From NCBI GenBank assembly GCA_030704615.1, contig CM060734.1:44082001-44146000 (forward strand): a stretch of DNA of 64,000 bases, written 5' to 3'. The position numbers were made by a program, and so were the translations under genes. The stretch is from Takakia lepidozioides. Taxonomy: Eukaryota > Plantae > Bryophyta. Every line of letters begins with the position of its first letter. Within the stretch, counting starts at the first letter, position 1. The notes under the pieces were generated by a model. It was not told the DNA's origin, searched no databases, and worked only from the letters and a program-made list of their open reading frames with translations. Below are positions 52,501 through 64,000 of the stretch, one piece after another.

Positions 52501-55500
52501 ATCTTTCAACCCATGGTCCTTAGAGCCCCCTGTCGCCGTTATAAAGTTTCTTCCTTTCTCCTTGGTCTTGTACAATAAGCATGGACAACATGAAGTCCTT
52601 GATTTCTTTTTTTGAAAATTCTCTCTGTTGGTGGTCTGTCCAAACTAGTGACAACACGACAACCACTAGGCAAAGAAAAGGCCAGTAGAAGTATATGTCT
52701 GTCTGTGTTGAGGTCTAATTGCTGGGGCAGCTCACACACAGGATATTGATGCTTGTGTGATGGGCGTTCTAGAGGAAATCTGGAAAGCCCGAACAATTGT
52801 TTATACCAAGATAAGCGACACTGGAGAGAGCCTCTCACAAAGGCAGTGTCTGTTCCCTCTTGTTCCGCCCAAACTGGGCATGGCGTCTATGGCCACAAGG
52901 CTATGGAAAAGAACATGTAATGAGTACACTTCATGACCTCAGATAGTTGCAAATTGGAGGAAACCTACCATGATAACCTGGATATCCTTGCAAGGTTGGG
53001 TTACCGACCAAGATTGACATACAATAGTGTAGCTGAACTTGCACACATGACTTGGGGACACATGCCACACTGGCGAAGTGCTATTTAGTCCAACCTCAAG
53101 CTAGCAGTTTGTAGCTGAGCAAAAATTGTGAGGAGCACTGACCTGATATCTCTTGTAAAGGGCAAACTCTTCAGTATCAAATGCTGACCGCCTCATTTGA
53201 ATCTCTAACTGGAGTGTCTTCACTTCCGGCAAAATAGCTGGAGCACCTCTGGCACCCCTTTTCCGACCATGGGATTCCAGAAATCCAGGCCTCTTTGGTG
53301 CACCTGAGTGACCCTCAGGAGCAGGATGCTCAGAGGAGGTAATGGGTTGGGAGGTATCACTCCCAAAAGGACATACAACCTCCAAAAAGTTGAGATGGCC
53401 TTTGCAAGCTTGTGGGATGAAGCCACATAAACCACTGAATTGTAGCAACCTGGCTGCCAGAATGTCAGCAACAAGTACTGGAGTAAATTCAACCTTTGAA
53501 GGGACAGACCTGGACTTGTTTCCTTGATTATCTCTCTCTATGTCAAGCTCCATGGGTAATTTTATTCCCTGTTTACGCTTGATAGCTGCCGCAATTGAAA
53601 AAGCAACACTGGAAGTATACTCTAATTGCCCATTCAGGTCCTTCAACTTCCCTCGAACTCTCTCAGAAACTTTCCGTACTACCACTTTGGGAAAGTTGGC
53701 TTCCAGCAGCAGGGATCCAGATTCCACACAGCTCATGATGGCACTCCCAATTGCAACAGTGAGATCCTTAGCAGCTCCATCCAGCACCTCTGATGGCTTA
53801 GTTTTCCCTGAGGCCTTGTCGGATCTTTCTGATGTACAACCATGGCCATCTCTCCAAAGCTCTCCAACTGTCGGTGGTCCATGATAGGTTCCCTCCAGAT
53901 ACCTGGAAACCACAGATCAGTTATTATCAAAATCATCCACCCCCATGGATACCTTGATTTAACCATCAAATTATCTACCTCAAAAATACGGGATACTGCT
54001 GCAAACATTCAAACAAAAATTCCCAGGCCTACCCTGTGGTTCTCTAGCTGATTGTGTTACTTTCTCTGATGCTGCCATCCAATTCTATGAATCAACCACG
54101 GAACCAGCTCCTCCTCAACAGGGCTTTCATCGTAACTCTTATGGAGCAACGTTCACCCAACCCTTCTTGGCCCAAGAAACCTCGAAATACATTCCTGTAA
54201 AATACTTGCTCATTTCTAATACATTGTCAGAAAGACCAGGCACTCCATCATGACCATAGATTCAATATGCTGAACAAACCTACCTTAAACACAGATAGGT
54301 TATAGACAGGCTTTTCAAAAGAGTTTGCATCAGGAGGATTTGATTAAAAATGGAAACAATTTAAAGGAATGAGTATCTCTGCTTCTTGAGCAAGATTTTA
54401 ACTGACCTTTGCATTCGACGTAAAACACGCGATTGGTCCCTGGAGGGATCAAATGCATTGGCCTGCAAAGCGATGGTGTAAGGTGGGCAGCAGGTGCGTC
54501 GCATGTGGGGCTTGTACGCAAACATGCCTGATCGTCTCCATCCCATATCCAGCATATCTGCAATTCTTGGACCAGATGTAGCCTGTTGGTAAGGAGAATG
54601 GAAGGAGGAGGCACATAGGAGAGACAGGAGAGAACAAGAGCGGATGGTCATAGCTCCAAGAGGACAAAGGGAAAAGACTCACCCTTTGCCGCAGATATGT
54701 GCCATACCGAAGCCATGCAAGCCATTTGTACCAAGTGTTCAATTTTTACACATCAAGCAAAGAAACAAAGGCAGACTCTCTCCATGAGGTGCTGGCTTAG
54801 TCTGTGCCAACTTCACGTGTATACATAGATGACTGAAGAGATTAATGCGCAAGAGCTTAGCAGCAAAAGAGACAGCCAACTCGTCTATGAAGAAGCTACA
54901 AAATGTCTACAAATTTGATGCGAAGATGAAGGATGGTGAATAGGGGTAGTAAATAGCACCTTGGTAATCATGCACAGTGAGAGTATGGGCCCATAAACCT
55001 GCATGCATAGGTGACAGTCAACTAAAATTACTAAATACTCAAGGTATCTGGCAAAATTGACCATAAGCATGACTGAAACTTCTGGAGTGTCAATGAGGTT
55101 TGAAAAGGAGGATCAAGCACAGGCAATCAATCTGCTTTTGCTAAGAAAAACACAACTGATACAGGCTACTATTACCAACAGAACCCTAAATTGAAAGAAA
55201 AATTGATATCGAGCCTGCCAAAACTCAATCTGACAGACAGAAAGGAGAGACAGAGGAGACTACAATCCAAAAAATTCAACAGAGAGAGTGAACTCGGCGG
55301 GGTGGATGCGTGAAAGAAGAGGGGAGGAGATTCTGTCCTTCAAACAAAGTCCGTTTTTACAAATAATAGACCCATATTAATAGACAGACCCTGTGCGATG
55401 CTGGTGCGTGAGGTTGCCTTGCAGTAGCCACAGGTGCTGGAATACACTCCTTGATCTTCAACCACGCTTGTTCCATTTGTTCTGTTCTGCCTCTGGCTGC

Positions 55501-55543
55501 TACTGGCCACCCCCACCTCCTCTGCCTCAGATGTCTGTGACAT
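49590..55543 (-). CDS. ATE1: Arginyl-tRNA--protein transferase
   Basis: Exons ~55543-55390, 54998-54960, 54557-54406, 53902-53142, 51804-51392, 51151-50800, 49713-49590. Motifs CGYCK, GWRRSG...YKP...TCCPPYTI, EEFALYKRYQ, GSFHQQYRIDGKLVAVGVVD, YYYLGFYIHSCTKMRYK. Confidence 0.95.
51900..52082 (+). mobile_element. Short retroposon-like insertion in an ATE1 intron
   Basis: Flanked by a 16-bp direct repeat TACATTCTTTCTCTCT (51884-51899, 52083-52098). Its 3' motif CAAGGCTATGG...GAGTACA recurs at ~36225-36260 and ~52895-52930. Confidence 0.6.
52208..52456 (+). repeat. Three copies of a ~45-bp palindromic unit, with a fourth copy at ~30724-30780
   Basis: GTCCCATAAGCTCT(A/T)TGAGCTTTC(C/T)GCGGACG(G/T)TATAAAG separated by pyrimidine-rich spacers. 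Confidence 0.8.
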
Positions 55544-56961
55544 TATTTGGACCCTTAACACTCCAAAAGCCTTAAGTAGTGTGTTTACAATGCCCTGCTA
55601 GCACCTACAATTCTGTTAGCTGCCCCATGAGGTGATCCTTTTTCTCTCAAGGAGCATATCTCAGAGAGCAAATTGGACCGTCATTGGTTGGAAAAAAGAC
55701 GATGCAATTTGGCGGCCTTCTTGCATTACATCTTTAAGTAGCAATGAGATTGCATGTTGGATGGTACTAAATTATGACCAAAAGTGCGCACAATTAGTGC
55801 AAAGGAGATGTGCCCTGCGTCCCCACGGACTCCTTTGCCTGAAAAAGTGGGAAAAGGCCTTATTGCAGATTCTCGAACAATCTTCGGTTTCTGATCACCA
55901 ATTCCAAGTGTCCGATCGCCGATTCCTGCATTTTGACATCACAAAGCCAATACTCTTCTTTCTTGATCGCCAGAGGTCAACGACCGCAGCGCATCCAACT
56001 TGGTCCCGCGAGCCTAAACGATCAAATACACAACACAAGACCACCACAGCCAAGCAAACGAACCAAGACTCAGTATACAGAAGGAAGGGCACCGACGCAA
56101 TGTGAGTAGTTGTAATACCCACAATGATATCAGTCTCACCTGGCCCCGATTCAGACACAACGTAGTTCGAGTATATTTGATATGTGGTTGTGTCTATCTT
56201 ATGGCAGTGCCCAACACAGTAATGCAAACAACCTCCTTTAATACAAACACCAGTTCCACTGAGAAAGCTTCAAACGTATCTGACAACTCAGGACTAAATG
56301 CTCAAGTACAAATCTCACAATGTGTCATCAATGAGAACAAATACCCAGGTAAGCCCGATTTCACCAGCATCCATAACAGCTAGGAGAAGACCTATGCCGA
56401 TGCAGTATACAGAGTCATCATAGTTGCAACTTCAAGGGTTCATTCCAGCATTCACTTCGGAATTGGCTGGCCTTCAGAACCAATCCAGAATCTATTGTAT
56501 CTAGAATCAACTTACCTCACAATTGTGGGATTCATGAGGCACCTGGGAGATAAGAAAACCCTGCTACTGAAATTAGCTCTGATCAAACCATGAGAGAAAG
56601 GGATTGGATCAGCACTTTCTGAGGTACCCATGAAACTACGCAGGATAGATCAAAACCCCATTGCAAACGTGAACGTTACCCCTTAATCGTAAACATCCGT
56701 GGGCAACAATCGTGGTGGTTACTGACTGCTCACTTTGAACCAGACCCCTGGCCTGCCAACAAGTTGTGCTTACAAGTCCCTAAGTTTCAACCCATGATTA
56801 AGTTGCACTGACTCTTATTCACAAAGTAGTGTCTTTTCATTGGGCCATTTAAGGGCCCTCCCGGGCAAAAATCAAGCAGTGCAAACAAAACCCAATTGTG
56901 GAAAAGGATCTAATATTGGATATCTTGTTCACGTGCATTCACACACTGACACATCAATTAT

Positions 56962-58082
56962 TGTAGAATTTATAGAGAGGGTGTGACTTGTAATTGATAA
57001 TGAAGAAGATGTTACAATAGTGACCCTATGCCTCACCATAAGACATGTGAAAAGTCATGACTATTGATATAACCAATAGGTCTAAGTAACAGAGATCACA
57101 ACTCTTTGTCTAAGAGTTGTGTCCTTTCGAGATTCACCATATGACATGTTGAATGTAGAATTGACTTCCAACACCCTCCTTCCAAGAAGACGTTCAAGAG
57201 TCTAAACTATGAAGACGTTGTTTTGGTCCAACAATGCTCCATTAATGCATATTCGTATAATTTTAATCTTATTAGGCGTTGGCCAGCGTCCTCTAGCATG
57301 TGCTCATTTGGTCAAACTGAGACTTCATTCACGTCAAAGTGGAGGTAGTTGTTCTGTCCAGCTTGTTGTCAAATCGGTGAGAGTCTGATTTTGATTTTGT
57401 TGGAGAAATTGCTTATTTTAGGTTCAAATGCACCAATAGTGGTGTTGTTGGGATGACACCTTAGATCTCTTCTTTAAGTTGATGCCGCATAACTCTATGA
57501 AGTTTTTAAAACGAGTTTGTTAGAACTCTAAGCATCATTAACAGCATAAATTATTATATCCTTGTATGGCACTCTAAAATGTTTGAAATGGCCATAAGCC
57601 TCAATTGTCTCCATAACATTTTTACATTTTTGTCACCATGAATATTCTTTCGTGGGCTTCTTTGCCTAGGAATAATGTTCACCATATTTAGGTGCTTATG
57701 GTGTATTATGTTAATGCAAAGTTTGGTTTTGTATATAATATATTTTAACTCATGAAGACCTTATATCTTCTTTGATAGTTGTTTGACTATCATATATACT
57801 AGTATTACAGTACTAGCATGACAATCTTAAGTCGACTCTCATTAGATCTCTATGTATTGGTTAAGCATTGTCTCTAATACCATGTAGAATTTATAGAGAG
57901 AGAATGACTTGTAATTGATAATGAAGAAGATGTTACAATAGTGAGCATGTGCTTATTGTAAGACATGTGAAAAGTCATGATTACTGATACAATCAATAGA
58001 TCTAAGTCACAGAGATCACAACTCTAAGAGTTGTGTCCCTTCAAGATTCACCATATGACATATTGAAGGTAGAATTCCAACA
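56962..58082 (-). mobile_element. Small non-autonomous LTR element (internally deleted Copia, TRIM-like)
   Basis: LTRs 56962-57173 and 57883-58082 (TG...CA); TSD ATTAT on both sides; PBS-like TGGTATTAGAG and PPT GGAAGGAGGG on minus; ~710-bp interior with weak integrase-like remnants. Confidence 0.9.
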
Positions 58083-58211
58083 ATTATAACAGGAGCTCAC
58101 GGTCACTGAATGAAAAACCCCTAAGTTCATTCAATGATGCGGCAACATAACCAAGAGAGATGGTATTAAGTGTAAAGTGAGGTGATGGAAGTATGACAAA
58201 AGTCTTACGTT

Positions 58212-58420
58212 CCATCACCTCTCTATATATATTTAATAACACACATTACTGCCGCAATACAAAGGACAGGATTTGAACACCATCACCTCTCTCTATATAT
58301 TTAATAACACACATTACTGCCGCAATACAACCTGACAGGATTTGAACACCATCACCTCTCTCTATATATTTAATAACACACATTGCTGCCGCAATACAAC
58401 TTGATGGGATTTGAACAGCA
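58212..58420 (+). repeat. Tandem repeat, 3 x ~69 bp
   Basis: CCATCACCTCTCTCTATATATTTAATAACACACATTACTGCCGCAATACAA...GGATTTGAACA three times. Confidence 0.9.
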
Positions 58421-58699
58421 AACCTCGTGTTTATTATTCATTGCTCTTACCCGCCACTTTCTACAAACCCATGCAATAACTAATGCTTTACTAGGGCTTC
58501 GCGTTGCTCCGCACTACTAGCGACGAATTCTGAGAACTACGTTCAATTTTTCACAAAAAAAAGGGGTGGGTTATCCCCACTGTGTTACATGCAGAGATCC
58601 CATGTTTTGTTTTTTCCTAGAAGAAAAATGGCAGATCTGCATTTCAATGGAAATGTTTCAATCATTTCAACAGCACATCAATCCAACATACCCCCCAAC

Positions 58700-59281
58700 A
58701 TACACCCTACTTTCAAGCATCCACCGTTCAATTGGTTTAAGGCTAGCTTTTGACAATATTCATGCAAGTTCGTCAAAGGCTCCATCCAAAGCCACACCAC
58801 GAGAAACAAACAAACTTGTCCAAATTTAAGATGCTGAACAAACTTGTGCACAGGGCTGCCCCTCTCATCAACCTCATTAAAATTCGTATTCACTTCCATC
58901 TTCAAGCTTTGGAGAAGCTCCACCACCCAAACCCAGAATTAGGACAGCACTCTGATTTCCATCCATTGTCACCAGAATCAGTCAAAAATCACCCCTTCAG
59001 TCAAGTGCAATTGTGGGCTGATATAGCACCACATAAGTCGTGGCATCCTGTTCATCCCACTTGAGGATAGATGTTGCCACACATTCAGCCATCTCCACAT
59101 TGCCATGGATTCTGCAGGCACCAAGCAAGGCCTTCCACACCACAACATCTGGATCGGATTGGCATTTTATTAATCAGGTCCACTGCCTCATCCAGTTGTC
59201 CCGCACGTCCAAGAAGGTCCACCATGCAACCAAAGTGCTTTACTGTCAGATTGATACCATGATCTTCACTCAGGGAATCGA
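58700..59281 (-). pseudogene. PLS-class PPR gene C-terminal region (S2/E motifs), frameshifted
   Basis: HFGCMVDLLGRAGQLDEAVDLINKMP, frameshift, PDVVVWKALLGACRIHGNVEMAE, then stops; the 5' part runs into the gap. Confidence 0.8.
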
Positions 59282-59781
59282 NNNNNNNNNNNNNNNNNNN
59301 NNNNNNNNNNNNNNNNNNNNNNNNNNNNNNNNNNNNNNNNNNNNNNNNNNNNNNNNNNNNNNNNNNNNNNNNNNNNNNNNNNNNNNNNNNNNNNNNNNNN
59401 NNNNNNNNNNNNNNNNNNNNNNNNNNNNNNNNNNNNNNNNNNNNNNNNNNNNNNNNNNNNNNNNNNNNNNNNNNNNNNNNNNNNNNNNNNNNNNNNNNNN
59501 NNNNNNNNNNNNNNNNNNNNNNNNNNNNNNNNNNNNNNNNNNNNNNNNNNNNNNNNNNNNNNNNNNNNNNNNNNNNNNNNNNNNNNNNNNNNNNNNNNNN
59601 NNNNNNNNNNNNNNNNNNNNNNNNNNNNNNNNNNNNNNNNNNNNNNNNNNNNNNNNNNNNNNNNNNNNNNNNNNNNNNNNNNNNNNNNNNNNNNNNNNNN
59701 NNNNNNNNNNNNNNNNNNNNNNNNNNNNNNNNNNNNNNNNNNNNNNNNNNNNNNNNNNNNNNNNNNNNNNNNNNNNNNNNN
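59282..59781. other. Assembly gap (500 N)
   Basis: Run of N. Confidence 1.
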
Positions 59782-62026
59782 AATTTGAAACGCAACTCTA
59801 ATATAATTGGAAGAGATTAATGTCTGCGTGAAGAACAGCTAGCATTTGAATTATGGTGAGGATGATGAATTTCGAACTGGAGAATGCAATGTGTGGAGTT
59901 GTAAAGCACAACAATACCTGAGCTATGTAGTGGCCTTAGAATTCAATGCCAAGCAGGCAGTGCCAACAGTCTGCGTGCCGGTAAGAGACGGAGGTTCACG
60001 GCACGTACACTCGCAAGGCCTACCACTCCCGCCAACCTCTGCTAGCCAAGCACCACATCCCACGCCTGCAGCGGGAGTCACCATCCGGACCGGGCACATA
60101 GGACGGTCGCTACAGTCGGTTTTTCCCTGCATCGGAATTCCAGAGGCCATCTCAAACAAGGAAGTAAGGTTATCTAAGCTGCACTTTTCCTACGATTTCT
60201 GCCTTTTCTTCTTTCCCACCCAATTCACAAGATGAAGCTTCCGATTCCGTCTGCAGAAATTCATAGCCTTTGGATCAATGAAGTGACCACAACCTGCATG
60301 TGCTGGCCGAGATCAACTGAGTCCAGCCTACTCAGTCCTAGTGGCTTTGGGCAGCCTGCTTCTCCTTTGACCTCTAATCTTCAGTACTGTCTTCACTATT
60401 TTCTGCTCTTCGACTAGAAAGCACGGATGATAGCGCTCACCGCTCGACGGACATGAGACCAGACATATTGCCTCCATAGGCTCTGTTCACTGTCTTTCGG
60501 TGCCTGTGTAGTCGCGAATGTCTTGTACTCAGTGGGCCGCAAGTGGGGAATCCCGCGATGCGTTTCCCAGTGATGGAGCATTGGGGACCTTGCCCGCTTC
60601 TTGGCGATTTATGAAATACAAGCCTTCCACCATGGCCGTCTTTACAAAACGCGATTGGTTGGTTAGACTTTGGTGGTAGCTGTGCCTGCGGCGGCGATGT
60701 GAGCCGCCTCGAACCATGGTGCTAGAAAAGCGCTTTTCCGGCCATGCCTGTGTGAGAGAGAAAGAGCTGGCGATATTTCTATTCAGTGTGCTGAGAGCTC
60801 GCTTGTAGACAAGGGCCTCCTCGGTACAATAACCCATGCTTGGATGAAGCTTCGAGCAGGCAGTAGAGTCGGCTGTTTGGTGAGAGGCGAGATAGAAGCA
60901 CACTTGGGTCTTCAATCCTGAGTACATCTTTCAGAATATTAATCCCAACAGACATCAATACATGTGGGAAAGACCTCATATCGCATGTATAACATCCCGC
61001 CATTGGAATGGCGTTGTGCGGCATAGTGAGGAGACGATGCAGGGCGTTCCATGGCAGCACGGCCGCAGAAGAAGCAAGTAGCACTGAAGACCCACAGGAT
61101 CGCGTGAGATCCGAAGGACCCCAGACCCAGTACTTTGAGCGTTGTTCGACACCAGTTTGAATTTTGCATAGACCTGGAGGGGAACGGCCTCGGGAAACCC
61201 GTAGATAACCTGGACCAGCTTTTAGGAAATGGCGAGAGACTTTTGGTTGTGCAAAAAAAATAAAAAAAAAAAACGAAAAAAAAACATTTTTTTACTAATT
61301 TAAATGATAAATAGAGCCTAATTGTGGTCATAACTTTGTCAACGCCACTCCGTTTGACTCAGTTTTTTGGGGGATAGCTGCAGAAATGGTTTTTTGTTTT
61401 TTGGGACTCCAAGCTGCTCAAAATCTATGGAATATTTTAGAGTGTGAGTGTGCAGTGAAAGCATCCACATTCTGTTTTCTAAAGAATACCTGGCTGGTCT
61501 ATATATAGACAAATCTGTGGATGTCCTCTTTGTATGGCTGGGGGAAGGCGGCCGTAATTGAAGCAGGCAGTCCTCGTCTCTTAGCGCACACAAGGGGACA
61601 AGATTTATGTTTCCCAGGAACTCCAAGACTCGATTTGAGTGGGAGAACAGTTGGAAGAACTAGTTGATTGCATACTGGGAGTCCGGCATTAGCAGTGGAC
61701 AACAAACTGCTGTAGGGTTGCATGAGGACCTCATATCGCCTTGGACAGTCAGAACTCTGTTGGAGCCAACAATTCTGCAGCTGAGGTGAAATCCCAAAGT
61801 GGGTTGGAAGGAGCTAGGCCTTTTTGAACACAGCCAAAGACATCCCTGGCCAAGGTGTTCTGCCAACAAGGGCCTGGTGTAGCTGGAGTAGAGGAGCAGA
61901 GCTACACAAGTTTGTGCAATCAGACAGCGTTTGGCACACGCGGCGCGCTCTGAACAGAACAAGCACGAGCGGGGGTTCATTAGCATGACACGTTTGTTCT
62001 GTTGAAGGAGATGCAGTCATTCGCAA

Positions 62027-64000
62027 TGAGGACAACCCTCAACCGTCTCGAGGCTTTTCGAGTTGAGAAGACTATCAGACCCTACCTTAGTTTTCTTTAG
62101 TGTTCAGTGAGCGAGAGATAGGGGGGAGTATTGCTTTGTCTCTACCTGGCAGAAATAGGAGGAGGGTTAGGTTAGAGCGAGCTACTAGTAAGCTGGGACA
62201 AAGGTTGGGTGTCGAGGTTTCCTGTTTCTGGACATAGATATACCTCCTACACCTTATCATCATGTAGAGCGAGGCACTTTGAGAGAAGTCTGGCAGTTGA
62301 TAACATAGATCAGGATTAGTCTTGCTTGGGGTCGGGCTTCTATCTTCTCCTCCATCTCTGTACTAATTTTCATTACCTTGTACTTGTAGGTTGCCAAAGC
62401 CTCTCTTGGTGGAGCCATTCCTTTCCGGGGTTTTGGGCTAGGCTATTCTGCAGGTCAGTATTGCATCTGATTTTTTGGTGTGGGGTGTTGATGTTTTGAT
62501 TTCTGTGTTGGGGTCCCACGCCCAACACCTGCATGCTTGACTGTGCGCCACGTTGGTTTTGTGTGGGGCGCTTGCTTTCATAGGGATTAGGCCGGATTTA
62601 TCACCGGTCAATCCTAGAGTATGCTGTCGGTGGTGAGGCTGAGTGATGACCAACAAGAACCACCAGTGTCTAATATTCTTGGTGAAGCTGGGTTTATGAC
62701 CAACCAACCATGATTCTTCTTGGGCGGTGGATTCAGGTGCCAGGTGCCCTGAGCCATTGGGATATGACCCTTAACTTCAACTGTGCCCACCCTTGTCCTA
62801 TTATTAGTACTAGAGCCTTATAGTGTCACGTGGAGGAGGTGCACATTGTGAGTGTCATTACGGGAGTTACCCCAGGGTTTTGAGGGGAGAAGTTACGGCT
62901 ACAGGCAGTAACAGTGAGAGTGGGTCACAAGACGAGGTAATTCGGTTCAGACCACCTTCAAACCAGAACCACCCTCAACTTATACTGTAGAGTCAACACA
63001 GACTCGGAGGCTTTTTCAACGGTGTGCAGTTTCATGTCGCCATTGTGTGGTGATGAACATGGAGGAGATGTATAGAGCTACCAAGGGGCCTCGTAGGTCC
63101 TCTGGAGCTGTGGGACCAATCGAGTTGGATGATCTTTATCCAGGAGTTCGACAGCTGGTGTGATTTTGCAGCAGATTCGCAATCCACAGCTATTCACCCC
63201 ATTCATGGGGACGTTAAGGACTGTTCCACATGTTGGAAGGCCCGCCTATGGACGATACCACGAGTTCAGGCGAGGACATGAAGCAAGAGATTGAGGAGTG
63301 GAGGATTATTTGGTCACCTGACTACGTCTCCATTACTCGAGGCACGACGCGACCAGTAGCTCATCGTACCAATAGCTCCACTAGGCCAGGCACTAGTAGT
63401 GGAAGCGTAGTGCTGGACTGGTACTGGTCTAAACCTGAGTGGTCCAGTTCAAAAGTTGCCACTACTCCTCCTGCCACGACTACAACACATGTGCCTAGAT
63501 TCAACCCCAATGGTGGAGTTCTATCCCGGAGTTGCGGAGGAACTACCAAGGTGTATCGGACAGAGAAGCATGCGAAGTTTGCAAGGACTTCGCAGCGCAA
63601 ACCCAGTGATAGCTTGCGAGAGGCGTACACTCGTATGAGGCGCTGATAAGTGTGACCCAAGGGTACTGAAGCTCAGGCAATCCAGTTTTGGTATGGAATT
63701 TTGGACAAGGAGCTCAAGAGAAGGGGGGCGAGATGGAACCCTGTTACAAGCAGCCCAACCCACATTAGCAATGTGTTTCTGCTGGCTGAGCGGATTGAGC
63801 TCAACATGGTGGAGGAACGATTGTTACAATTGGATTTGGCAAGGACAATGCCTGCAAGCCTGGGCACAGCTGTTAGCCCACAGGCAGGCACAAGGGACTC
63901 CCACAATCGTTTGTCAGGTCCAGGGGGGCAAGGTTGCCACACCTAACCAGTTCCATGGACAATTACAGGGGTAACCTCAGGTGCTGAAATGCCCGTGGCA
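62027..64000 (+). mobile_element. 5' end of a degenerate Ty3/gypsy element (LTR, PBS, gag)
   Basis: Putative LTR 62027-~62800 (TGAGGACAA...TTGTCCTA); PBS-like TAGTACTAGAGCC ~62805-62817; frameshifted gag-like SLREAYTRMRRLISVTQG/TEAQAIQFWYGILDKELKRR. Confidence 0.7.

Noticed and set aside
59040-59801. Long ORFs of 253 and 236 aa
   Set aside because: Artefacts of translating through the 500-N gap.
59846-62000. Several 60-130 aa ORFs as a possible gene
   Set aside because: No recognisable family and no consistent exon chain found.

Overview
Eukaryotic nuclear DNA, most likely from a non-seed land plant (plant-type spliced genes and a plant tRNA-Phe; the bryophyte-like assignment is inference). 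The left half (1-32 kb) is a nest of transposons. It holds the 3' part of an unusual non-LTR retrotransposon with a chromodomain, a PCIF1/CAPAM-like methyltransferase-type motif set, RNase H, a CCHC knuckle, a restriction-like endonuclease and a highly structured 3' UTR. That UTR is split by a non-autonomous CACTA element and recurs as an 83-bp TSD-flanked copy at 20.5 kb. Also present are a tandem array of sugar-transporter gene fragments and a young Ty3/gypsy chromovirus nested in an older dUTPase-carrying Ty3/gypsy element, which contains an intron-bearing condensin CAP-D2 fragment. One ~11.4-kb inversion (about 11.1-22.5 kb) explains three otherwise inverted repeat pairs. The right half (32-56 kb) is a gene island: mitochondrial ClpP, PRA1.H, an orphan coiled-coil ORF, EI24-like, an unknown gene probably plastid-targeted, tRNA-Phe(GAA) and ATE1. 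It is followed by a small deleted Copia-derived LTR element, a decayed PPR gene, a 500-N gap and the 5' end of another Ty3/gypsy element. All calls are from manual reading; no database searches were run.
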